Source: Gemmatimonadales bacterium
GTDB lineage: Bacteria; Gemmatimonadota; Gemmatimonadetes; Gemmatimonadales; GWC2-71-9
Direction of reading: 5' to 3'
Assembly (NCBI GenBank): GCA_965250155.1
Contig: OZ252291.1
Location: 382-64,381, forward strand
Length of the DNA: 64,000 bases
The notes beneath the pieces are model-generated. The model saw nothing but the letters and a program-made list of their open reading frames with translations, did no database searches and was not told the DNA's origin. Of the stretch, positions 7,976 through 18,478 are shown in pieces (the stretch's first letter is position 1; each line of letters begins with the position of its first letter). Position numbers and translations under genes: made by a program.

Positions 7976-8469
7976 TGTCTAACGCACAATCGGCACGTCT
8001 GTAGGCATGCGGCCCGCTGACCAAGGGGCGCCCGGCGGGATCCATATTAGGTGGCGTGGCCTTGCTTGATATGACGCCAGGCGATCTCGGGGTTGGGCCA
8101 ATCTCAACAGCTCGCGGTGCAGGGGCTTGAGCTTGGTTGCCCCGGCGCGGCCCGCAGGTGACTAGGGAGCGAGGGGGCGCTTGAGATGGGAGCTAGACTG
8201 GTCAATCCATTTATTAGTTAGCTGGGCCGCAGTGCAATGAGGATCTTACGAGTCGAGGGATGACTGAGAGATCGATCTAGCGGTGTGCGACACGTGGCTG
8301 ACAACTCCATCCCGAGGATAGTTACTCTCTGTGTTGTTCGGTATTAGCACTTTTGGCATCACATCCATTTATGATGCCACGAGCGGACCGTAATGGCCTA
8401 CGAACGCGGCCGAAAGCTGCCGTCGAATGCCGCGCCACCGAGCGCGCAACTCATGCCGGAGAATCGCCG

Positions 8470-8895
8470 ATGAACACCGACCGCTCAGCGCTGATTGTGC
8501 TGGTGCTCCGTTGCTACCTGGGCTTTGCCCTCTTCTTGCCGCTCGGCATCGGCAAGCTCACCGGCTTTCCGGGGTCAGCGGCCGGCATGGTCGACGGCTA
8601 CCGGGAGACGATCCTCGGTGCTGGGCCATCGCTACCCTTCTTGTACCTGTTCTCGTACGCGCTGCCGTTTGTCGAGACCCTCGGTGGGCTGACGCTGCTT
8701 GCGGGCTGGCAAACTCGCCGTGCGTTTCTGGTGCTGGCATGCCTGTTGGTGCTCCTCGGCTTTGGCACCACCCTAGATGGCAGGATCTCGACCACCGCCA
8801 ACAACCTGATCTTTCTGGCCGCCTGCCTGTGCGGCTATTGGCTGGCCGATGCCGACCGCTACAGTATCAGCGCCTGGAGGCGCTCGAGAAGCTGA
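8470..8895 (+). CDS. DoxX-family membrane protein
   Basis: Starting from the ATG at 8470: ALIVLVLRCYLGFALFLPLGIGKL plus three more TM helices, the typical DoxX layout. The 8353 start would add an Arg-rich non-protein-like leader. Confidence 0.6.
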   Translation: MNTDRSALIVLVLRCYLGFALFLPLGIGKLTGFPGSAAGMVDGYRETILGAGPSLPFLYLFSYALPFVETLGGLTLLAGWQTRRAFLVLACLLVLLGFGTTLDGRISTTANNLIFLAACLCGYWLADADRYSISAWRRSRS

Positions 8896-9131
8896 AGGCA
8901 TCGCGTCATCGCGAGGGGAGCAATTGATGCAGATGTTCGCAAAGCTGGGGTTGGCAAGCCAACCTCGGCGTGGGGCTGAACTACTGCCATTGTTGCGGCA
9001 ACGGGTCGAGGCAGTTCTTTCAAAGTGAGGTGGTTGTCGTAGGTAACGCCGGGTGGATCTCGCGAATGGCAACGCCGAGGCCGGCCGTTTCCCTTCGCAG
9101 CAGCCGACTAGACGTTATCGCTTCAGGGAGT

Positions 9132-9869
9132 TCACGGTGCCACAAGGTATCGTTGGATCTCCTGCAAGTAGAAGTCGCCGGCCCTCCGGTTGTTGCGCTG
9201 ACCGACGTACGCCCGCAACGCGCAGTCACCATCGCCACCGCACTCTCTGAGGTGATGCCGCCAGATGAGCACACCGTAGCAAGCATTCGTGCGGGGATCG
9301 AATAGATCCGAGCCACCACACTCTGTGTGGAACCTTCCGTACCATTCGCGAACGTTGACCTGCATGATGCCTACGCAGCATCCGGTTCTGCTCCATGCAC
9401 CCGGTGTCCCCGTCCAATTCTCAGTGTGGGAGATGGCGAGGGCGGTGTCGACGTTAATGCCCCATCTGATGGCGGCCTCTCGAACCGCGGTGTCTCGTCG
9501 CGCATCACTGCTCAGCGTATCGGTGACCACTATGGGTGACGCGAACGGCAGGGTCCGGATACTGCCACCAGTGAAGAACGCTGCAAATGCCAATGGCAGG
9601 ACGAGGCGGGGGGTAATCCTGGACCCTAGACCTCCGAGCCACCGCTGCATCCGTCCGCGCAGCTCCTGTATTCTGGACGACGAAGCGCCTTCGGGTTCGG
9701 TGCCGAGGATTTGGTCGATTTCTTCTCGGATCGCCAGGATGCGAAGATAGAGCTCGCTGGGCTCGTTGAATGAATGCTTCACTTTGATCCGCTCATGAAT
9801 TGCACGTTTCCAGGGTGTAGTTTGGGCTTCCGCCAGGGCCAGATGCCCCTGACGCTCCCGTCGGCGCAA
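9132..9869 (-). CDS. Lytic transglycosylase (SLT domain) protein with N-terminal membrane anchor
   Basis: ALAISHTENW...GCCVGIMQVN...NACYGVLIW fits the SLT catalytic Glu and MQ motif pattern. There is a TM at LVLPLAFAAFFTGG. Confidence 0.55.
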   Translation of the reverse strand: MRRRERQGHLALAEAQTTPWKRAIHERIKVKHSFNEPSELYLRILAIREEIDQILGTEPEGASSSRIQELRGRMQRWLGGLGSRITPRLVLPLAFAAFFTGGSIRTLPFASPIVVTDTLSSDARRDTAVREAAIRWGINVDTALAISHTENWTGTPGAWSRTGCCVGIMQVNVREWYGRFHTECGGSDLFDPRTNACYGVLIWRHHLRECGGDGDCALRAYVGQRNNRRAGDFYLQEIQRYLVAP

Positions 9870-10435
9870 ACCGATCCGCTTCAGCGCAAGAACCGGTCCA
9901 GCGTTGATGCCGGACAGCGAGCGGCGTTATTGGCTCGTCAGCTCGGGCTGGTGGGCCTGCTCAAACGACCCGTTACAGCCGGCCGCGCAATGCAACAACG
10001 GGTGGTTCTGATCCAGAGCTCGCTATCGGGCCGCTCGAGGGCCTCCATCCAGGACATGAACTCGGCGAACGCCGCCCGCGACTGCATGACGGCCAATGGC
10101 CTGAGGACGCCACAGCCTTGGAGATTGAGCACGATCGGTCGCGCGCGACGCGGAGAAGGTTCGTGGAGAGGTTTTCTGAACATACAGAACGGTGGCCTAA
10201 GCGCGCCCGATTCGCCTGCGCCAATCACTATGGCCGGAAACGGTCAATCGCGCTCCGGTAGGTCGAGAAACCAGCGTAGCCGGATGCTGCCGTTCGTCAC
10301 GAACCCGGAGTCGGTGCCGCCGGGCGCGGCGGGCGAGCCACAGGCGGCGAGGGCTACCCGCCAAAGCGATGAGCAGAGGAAATCGCAGCGCAGCGGCGAG
10401 ATCCCCGGCTTGGTGGCAGATCCGCCCTCGCGCGC

Positions 10436-10987
10436 TCACCGCCCCGGTACCATGATGTGGGCGGCGCTCGTCCCAGCAGCCATGATATACGCGCCACCTG
10501 CACTTCGGTTGTCCGGCAAACCAATGGATTCCGTGGTGGCGCCCGGCACCGCAATGGTTGTATGAATCCGCGCGCTCGCTTGATCGCGGCCGTCCATGTG
10601 GATCCACAAGGACCCATACTCGGGCAGCACCCGTGTGCCGTTCTCCTCGGCGGCGGCCACCATCGCGCGCTCCTCCGCGGCGTCGGCGCTCTCCGCCCGG
10701 AACCGCCGGTTTTGCGCGGCCCTGTCTAGGTTCCCCACACTCGTGCACAACACGGCAAACGGCCTTCGGCCGCGCTCATCGGACCGGTTGTAGCAGACCA
10801 AGCGGTTCGTGCCCTCTTTGAGGGTCTCGTAGGTGTAATCGGCGTTCCACTTAATGATCGCAGCACCTTCACGAGCCCTGCCGGGCGCCGCGGCCAGCGC
10901 GCGTTCGATCGTTTCCGCCGCGGTCTGCGCGTTCGCGCTGGCCTGGATCGACACCACACCGACGACAACCAGGATGATGTGCTTCAT
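10436..10987 (-). CDS. Secreted hypothetical protein
   Basis: The ATG at 10987 gives MKHIILVVVGVVSIQASANAQ, a signal peptide. The mature part is protein-like. No family recognised. Confidence 0.5.
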   Translation of the reverse strand: MKHIILVVVGVVSIQASANAQTAAETIERALAAAPGRAREGAAIIKWNADYTYETLKEGTNRLVCYNRSDERGRRPFAVLCTSVGNLDRAAQNRRFRAESADAAEERAMVAAAEENGTRVLPEYGSLWIHMDGRDQASARIHTTIAVPGATTESIGLPDNRSAGGAYIMAAGTSAAHIMVPGR

Positions 10988-11024
10988 TGGGTTCCCTCCG
11001 TTCGAGCCATTAGAACGTTCTGAA

Positions 11025-11481
11025 CTACGGCGCCTGGATCCCGATCTTCTCCGCGAACGGAACAAACCGCGCGTCCTCCCAGAGCGGCGCGTAGGCAGGA
11101 TCCACAGCCAGGTAGATCAAGCCCGCGGACTTGGCGTCGAATGCAACCTCCAGCCACTCATAGGCCCCGTCCATCTCGCCGATGGCGGAGTACCCCGCCG
11201 CGATGACTTCGCTTCCTGTGTATCGGTTGTGCGACAGCTCTGTCGCCCACGATAGTCTGCCAATTGGCAACCCAGTTATACCCGTGGCGTGTCTGGAGTG
11301 GAAAGAGTTCCTCCGCGCTCAGAGCATGATACGCCGTCAGGTCGGCTAAAGGGACTTCAGTGGTCACCATCCAGAAGACCTTTTGACCGGACTGCGGCGT
11401 TGCGAAACCTGCTTGCGACAGCACCAGCACTATCGCAAGGACGGCAAGAAACGGCACGGCGCCTCTCTTGACGTCTCTCAT
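11025..11481 (-). pseudogene. Exported protein with C-terminal TPR-like helical tail, split by a frameshift near 11260
   Basis: Frame 1 has a signal peptide (VPFLAVLAIVLVLSQAGFA) through ...GYNWVANWQTIVG. Frame 2 continues SWATELSHNRY...GEMDGAYEWLEVAFDAKSAGLIYLAVDPAYAPLWEDARFVPFAEKIG. Confidence 0.5.
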
Positions 11482-11880
11482 CTTGAATCCCCTCGGTTTG
11501 GGGTGGCATTATGACCCAGCTTCGGATTGGATATGAAGCGCGGTACGGAGGTCCGCAAGCCCACACGACACCCGCGTCGACCGCTCGTACACCCCTTCCC
11601 TCACATGCCACTCATTAGTCCCGCCCACAGTACATACACTGCGCACCCGGCTTGTAAGCGTGGCAAGTATGGAGAAACGCTCGGCTGAAGCCGCCCAGGT
11701 TTGCGACCGGGCAAGGTTCCATGCCGCAGGGCGGCGATGTGTGACCATGCTTAAAAAGTAAGAAGTGGGAAGTGAGAGGGAGACCGCAATCCGTACCGCC
11801 AGCTTGCGAATTCGGGGAACGCATTAATTTATAGCAGCTAGCAAACTTGCCGAGCCAACCAGTCCACTTGGGAGCGATCC

Positions 11881-12186
11881 ATGCTAGACACATCCGAAAG
11901 AAAACATGTCATCCCGCCGCACGTCCAGGCGGACAGAATGCAGCGGTACAGCGTCTACCTGCTGGTCGGCGCTTTTGCCTTGGTCGGAGTCAACTACACG
12001 TCGCTCACGATATCCAGCGTGCTGTGGTTTGCCGCCGGAATTTGCGCGGCCTTCGCACTACTCTGCGCCATCGCGGTCGTCATCCTGCACGCGATTGCGT
12101 GGAACTTCGACCGTCTACGGGAAGAACAGATCGGACTCCGACCGTCCCAGGACTTCCGCGAGCCGGGCTCCGCGCCCGGTCCGTAG
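11881..12186 (+). CDS. Small two-TM membrane protein, hypothetical
   Basis: YSVYLLVGAFALVGV and VLWFAAGICAAFALLCAIAVVIL are hydrophobic segments. No family recognised. Confidence 0.4.
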   Translation: MLDTSERKHVIPPHVQADRMQRYSVYLLVGAFALVGVNYTSLTISSVLWFAAGICAAFALLCAIAVVILHAIAWNFDRLREEQIGLRPSQDFREPGSAPGP

Positions 12187-12317
12187 CCACCTTCTTGTTG
12201 TGGTGCCACGCGGGAGCGCCAACATCCCCAAGGAGGAGTTTGAGGCGGCGGTGGAGGGGGAGGTTCCGCCCACCGTCTCCCAATTAGCCGATATGGGGCG
12301 GCGCGAGTACGACATCC

Positions 12318-12458
12318 TCACTCTCTGACCGCCACCTTGCGGACGTGTTTGAGAGCGTGAGCCACATGAACCGTGGCCATCCCACCCCTACCGATCTCGC
12401 TCTCAATCCGGCAGCAGTCAACGAGCGTGTTTTTCAGAAAGTCAGAATGATCGGTCAC
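12318..12458 (-). pseudogene. 5' fragment (46 codons) of a Ser/Thr protein kinase gene
   Basis: GTG-ACC-GAT start, then ...LKNTLVDCCRIESEIGRGGMATVHVAHALKHVRKVAVRE*. It ends just after the kinase Gly-loop and VA(V/I)K region. Confidence 0.7.
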
Positions 12459-12489
12459 GGGGGAATGGTGCGCTGTGCCACACAATCCG

Positions 12490-13121
12490 TCACAAAACAC
12501 GAAGTCGAGCTCCGTCGTCACCCACGCCGAGGAACTCGTGCACCGCTTGGAGGAACTGCTCCCATGCCGGCTCATTCTCGAGGGGGACGTGGTTCTTGCT
12601 GTGGCCGACTTTCGCTGCAGATCATTGAACCACTGCATCTGTTCGGCAGATGCCCCGGGGAAGAAGAGCGTCGTAAACACTTGTCGGAAGGCCGGGTTTT
12701 CCCGCCCCCATCTCACCTTCACCATGTCGAGCTCAAGCTGCTGTTGGGCAAGCTGGTCCGGTTCAAGATCATGCTTCAGCCAGCCTCGAGAGTACGCTCC
12801 GTGAAGGACGAGATGAGCGACCTTCTCGGGGTGGCGCACGGCGTACGCTATCGCGATCGGTCCTCCCTGCGAAACGCCGAGGAGTGCGAACCGATCGAGG
12901 CCCGCGGCGTCCACCACAGCCTCGAGGTGGCTGAGCCAGTTGGAGGCTTTGACCAGCGGCGGTCCCTCACCGACCGTAGCGTACGCGATCGTCACGCCGT
13001 CCGGAGCGGTACAAAAGTGAATCTCCTGATCTAGCCCCGAACTGCTCCAGGATCCAGGACGACGGTGCGGGGGGCAGTCTCGACAGATCCGTCTGCCCGG
13101 CCAGCAGTCACGCCGAGGCAC
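12490..13121 (-). pseudogene. Alpha/beta-hydrolase gene with internal deletions and a frameshift
   Basis: IHFCTAPDGVTIAYATVGEGPPLVKASNWLSHLE joins directly to AVVDAAGLDRFALLGVSQGGPIAIAYA (nucleophile elbow). The C-terminus NHVPLENEPAWEQFLQAVHEFL is in another frame. Confidence 0.6.
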
Positions 13122-13549
13122 TCGCCTAACTCTCTAGGCCCCCTCGCAGAACCAGAAGAAGCGTCAGGCCGGCTACGTGCCGAGTCTCAGATAGAACCAT
13201 GGTTCGCATCGCGCGAACGCGACGCTTGCATTCGTCCCGTCGGATCGGGAGTCGAAAGGAGGTGAAGGATGCGGAAGAAGACTGCCCCGCGTACCCGGAA
13301 GCACCAGAAGGCCTCGTCGCCCAACAGTCGGGGCTGATTGCCAGGGAAAAGAACACCAAGCAATCAGCGAAGACGAAGTCCGCCCTTGACAATCGCTTTC
13401 ATAGAACGGATCAGGCGCTCAGCTTCCGGGCCCTGGCCAGCCGCGAGCACAACCGGCGCCGTTTTTAAAACCCTATCAGAGTCCACTGGGGGGAGCTGTT
13501 GCCCGGACAGCTGCGCGCTTTGTTAGGCCGCTCGCTCTGACTTGTGAGC

Positions 13550-14185
13550 TTAGTTCTTGTCGTCAGCGAACTTCTTGTACCAATGCGTACCGTCACAGAA
13601 CGGCTTGTTCTTCGATCCACCGCACCGGCAGAGTGTGAAATGCTCCGTTGATGCACCTTCTCCACGGACCGTGTCAAGAAGATCCGGCCCGCCCGTGATC
13701 ACATACGGTCCGTTGTGGGACACAAAGATGGCCGACTCGCCGTTCCCCTCGCCGTGTTCGATGCCGCCGACAGAGAAGCTCAGGGCGCCTGATGGGCACT
13801 TCCGAACTGTCGCAACGATCTCGTCGGCACTCGCGCCGTCAGGGTCGATCCACGGCTCTCGTTTCAGGCGGAACACCGAGGGGAGTCCATCAGTGCACCG
13901 GCCGGCGTGCGCGCAGATGCCCCGGTTGTCGTGAACTGTGATCGTCTCACCCAGGTAGTTCTCTCGCTTGTCCTCAACGCGGCCCTCGAGTCTGGCCGAG
14001 GAGAAGCCAATCTTGGCATGCGTCCCATCGCAGAATGGCTTGTTGGCGGATCCCCCACAGCGACAGAGTGCCATCGTGTCCTTGGTATCGATCGCGCCCT
14101 TTCGGTTGGCGAAGTCCTTGAGGTTTTTCACCAGATACGGCCCATCGGGAGTCGGCTCGATGCTGGGTTTCGCTTCTGAGCTCAT
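13550..14185 (-). CDS. CDGSH iron-sulfur domain protein (two CDGSH motifs flanking a Cys-rich central domain)
   Basis: CRCGGSANKPFCDGTH and CRCGGSKNKPFCDGTH are two CDGSH signatures. The central part has ICAHAGRC...CP. Confidence 0.85.
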   Translation of the reverse strand: MSSEAKPSIEPTPDGPYLVKNLKDFANRKGAIDTKDTMALCRCGGSANKPFCDGTHAKIGFSSARLEGRVEDKRENYLGETITVHDNRGICAHAGRCTDGLPSVFRLKREPWIDPDGASADEIVATVRKCPSGALSFSVGGIEHGEGNGESAIFVSHNGPYVITGGPDLLDTVRGEGASTEHFTLCRCGGSKNKPFCDGTHWYKKFADDKN

Positions 14186-14366
14186 GTGAGTCTCCTTTGG
14201 AACCGGGAGTTTGCAGATTCGCGCACTGTGAAGTGGCTGGGTGACTTAGGTGGGTCTCCCGCTGTTTCCATTATCCACGAGCGGCCTAACGCATATTGAA
14301 AGCACGCCCCTTGCTGCTACCATGGAGTCGACGAAGACCCAGAGACCACAGCAAGGAGCGGCTCTC

Positions 14367-14450
14367 ATGAAGCGAACGACGAAGTATGTAGCGTTTGACG
14401 TCCATCAGGCAACCACGGTCGCCTCGGTACGGGATGACAGCGGGCGGGTT
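14367..14450 (+). pseudogene. 5' fragment of an IS110-family transposase gene
   Basis: MKRTTKYVAFDVHQATTVASVRDDSGRV resembles the DEDD transposase N-terminus (YvGlDVHk.t...v.d..G.v). The frame decays immediately afterwards. Confidence 0.45.
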
Positions 14451-14620
14451 CCCGGCGCGGCATCGCCCGTGGAATCGCCAAAGCGATCGCCGATTCTCTC
14501 GAAGAGGGACAGGTGAGGGGGCAGGTGGGGGTCCCAATGAAAAGCGCCAGCAACCTCGTAAGTCACTGGCACTCCATGAGTAGCGGAGCCAAGCGCGCGG
14601 CGCTCGATTACTGCGGGGTG

Positions 14621-14899
14621 TCAACCCTCGCGGGGGAAGACCTGCTCACGCGCTGTCACACCGGTGGGCCCGGCAACCGAGGGTTCAAAAAAACATTGCA
14701 GGGCTCGCCCGATAGTTGCGCAGTGCTCTTCGCATTCCGAGCGAGTGAAGTCCTGGAGCTCCACCGTTCCCTCAAACTCGAACACTTCGACGCATATTCC
14801 GGTGCTTTCGCCACACGCGATGGCAAAAAACAGAAGGACAGCAGTGAGCGGAAGTGCTAATGCACCGGCTGGGTCGATCCACGCGCCAGCTTTCTTCAT
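14621..14899 (-). CDS. Small Cys-rich lipoprotein, hypothetical
   Basis: Signal peptide with lipobox LLFFAIAC, SD AAGGAG 7 nt upstream, five further Cys residues. Confidence 0.5.
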   Translation of the reverse strand: MKKAGAWIDPAGALALPLTAVLLFFAIACGESTGICVEVFEFEGTVELQDFTRSECEEHCATIGRALQCFFEPSVAGPTGVTAREQVFPREG

Positions 14900-14953
14900 G
14901 GTACGCTCCTTGAGTGGGATGGAGAAGGACGCTCTTCCGTCGGTGACCTCAGT

Positions 14954-15060
14954 GGTCTCGTCGTCGGGCGGGCGTCCTACGGGGCGTCTACTACGGGGAC
15001 GGGGCCACGAACGCCACCGTCCAAGACATGACTAATGGAGCGTGGTACACGGCACCGCAA
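14954..15060 (-). repeat. Copy D of the 4-copy noncoding element (inverted), with TTGCGG-17nt-CATTAG
   Basis: Core at 14954-14988 (reverse complement). Hexamers at 15055-15060 and 15032-15037 (reverse complement). The core ends 55 nt upstream of the co-oriented lipoprotein gene start at 14899. Confidence 0.7.
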
Positions 15061-15453
15061 GAGAGGGTGAGGCACGAACCGTAGGCCAGGTGAAAACCGA
15101 AGGAGCCAAAACCGGGCAATTTCAAAAATGGCCTCCAACTCTGTCGCTGATCTATATGATGGTTGGGACTCCGACGATTACCGATGCCGGGCCACCCCCC
15201 ATGGGGTACGGTACGCCCCCCCCTCCCCTAGAGGTCCGGAGATCGTCCCACACAGGCTAACCTGGGGCCGTTTACGAGTGGTTCCCGGGGTTTCGGGGTT
15301 TCCTCGGGGATGGTGGGCGGGATACTGCTCGACTGGAACATCCCCCGCGCTCTACCTAGCCCCCGGTTTTATTTTCGAATCCTCAACAACCCCTGTAGCA
15401 TTTCCGTCCCGCACTGCATCTTAACCGGGTAGCTCCTTTTCCCGAACAGGATA

Positions 15454-15921
15454 ATGACCACTAGAAAAACAGGCCGTCGCCGAGCCGCGTTTGTCCGGCT
15501 GGACCTCGAACAGCTTCCAGGCAATCGCAGCCGTGCCACCGTCACGTTGGGCTTTGAAGGTCAGCAATACGTGGGGCGAGCCGAGGGAAGCGGGTTGGAC
15601 CAGGAGGTTCGGTGCGCTGCAGAAGCCACGGCGGACGCACTCCGGCACTTGGTCGGCACCGAACGATCCGCCTTCAAGGTTCTCGACCTCCAGAGCTTAG
15701 CTGTCCTCGAAGTTCCGGCTGTGATCGTCGCCCTCTCCGCCCGCTGGCAGGATGAATCGCAAACCCTGGCGGGCATCTCCCTCACCAGGAAAGATGGTCC
15801 GCCGCACGCAGCTGTCAGGGCGGTGCTGAGTAGCACGAACCGATTACTCGAGTGGCTTATGCAGGTAATCCAACCGCGCGCCTCGAGCCACCTCGACCGT
15901 GACGACCGCGACGGTTGGTAA
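15454..15921 (+). CDS. Hypothetical protein (155 aa)
   Basis: ORF with SD-less start and protein-like composition (ATVTLGFEGQQYVGRAEGSGLDQEVRCAAEATADALRHL). No family recognised. Confidence 0.4.
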   Translation: MTTRKTGRRRAAFVRLDLEQLPGNRSRATVTLGFEGQQYVGRAEGSGLDQEVRCAAEATADALRHLVGTERSAFKVLDLQSLAVLEVPAVIVALSARWQDESQTLAGISLTRKDGPPHAAVRAVLSSTNRLLEWLMQVIQPRASSHLDRDDRDGW

Positions 15922-16430
15922 TCCGTCCAACACCATTCGGTAACGCCCAGACCGGCGGCGACGGGACGGGAGCGGCGGCCGACTACAGAGGAACGCGGTT
16001 CCTTCTATCGCGACCGGCGGCGCCAAACCCCTCGACCACAGAACCCGGCAACCCTCCACCGGACGTGTCCACTTTGAGCGTTGGGCTCACGGCTTAGACC
16101 TGGCAAACGGCGTGTAAGCTGACGGCTGACCTTGCTCCACCTTTACCACACCGGGTCGAGAATGCGTCGGGTGTCTTCAGGGACGGCGACAGGCCGAAAC
16201 ACGGTGTTGTGACAGTTGGCCGAGACAGTCTACTGTAAGGCATTCCAGAACAACGCATTCCGAGGGATGACACGTCCCTTGAGGCGATCGCCAACTTCCC
16301 ATCCGTCGCCCTCTAATTCCGCAGATTGGGAACCGCCCCTCTCCAGCACCGACGGACCCGTCGCTAGCTACTTCGTGTGGATCACAATTGAGCCGCGAGT
16401 GATCGGCTGGCCGAAGGCGGCGGGGATGAC

Positions 16431-16652
16431 ATGAGGGGCGGGACCAAGCCCGTCAAGGCCGATTCAGACCTGCGCCTACACAACCTCCGTCACTGTTGCG
16501 CCCAATGGGCCGTAGAAGAGGGGGTGCCGGAAGCCAAAATCCAAGCCCAGCTTCGCCACACGAATCCAGCCATGACCAGGCGCTACTCCGCCCAAAGAGA
16601 CCGTGGCGAGGTCGCCCACGCTGTTGCCAAGCACCTTCAGAGAAGCGCCTGA
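16431..16652 (+). pseudogene. C-terminal remnant of a tyrosine recombinase/integrase
   Basis: LHNLRHCCAQWAVEEGVPEAKIQAQLRHTNPAMTRRYS carries the H.LRH...(L)GH......Y catalytic motifs. The N-terminal two thirds are missing or scrambled (16216-16434 is in another frame). Confidence 0.7.
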
Positions 16653-16780
16653 GTGCGGGCGATGGATGACGGTTCAGAAACCAGGGGTTCCCACGGCTTG
16701 TCCCACAGTCGGGTCCCGGGCCAACACAAAGCGACGGCCCCGCCTGTGGGGAGACCGCCGCTCCGCTGGCTTCTCGCTAA

Positions 16781-16854
16781 TAGCGGAGGAGGGACTCGAA
16801 CCCCCGACACGCGGATTATGATTCCGCTGCTCTAACCAGCTGAGCTACTCCGCC
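16781..16854 (-). tRNA. tRNA with CAT anticodon (Met elongator, or Ile2 if lysidine-modified)
   Basis: Folds by hand as a 74-nt cloverleaf: GGCGGAG/TA/GCTC-AGCTGGTTA-GAGC/A/GCGGA-ATCATAA-TCCGC/GTGTC/GGGGG-TTCGAGT-CCCTC/CTCCGCT/A. It has a G1-U72 wobble and no encoded CCA. Confidence 0.9.
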
Positions 16855-16892
16855 ACGACAGGCACGGCGACGCATGCGTCGCCCCGACAAAT

Positions 16893-18478
<1,586 letters not shown>

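Noticed and set aside
9900-10230. Minus-strand patches that look protein-like (AAFAEFMSWMEALERPD; ALDQNHPLLHCAAGCNGSFEQAHQPELTSQ*) in two frames
   Set aside because: It may be another frameshifted relic. However, no family was recognised and no start is present, so it is too weak to list as a feature.
11615-11893. Cys/His-rich 92-aa minus ORF (…HTSPPCGMEPCPV…CHAYKPGAQCMYCG)
   Set aside because: It lies in a 400-nt gap and overlaps the start of the opposite-strand 11881 gene. It has no credible start or SD and no recognisable metal-binding family. I cannot support it as a gene.
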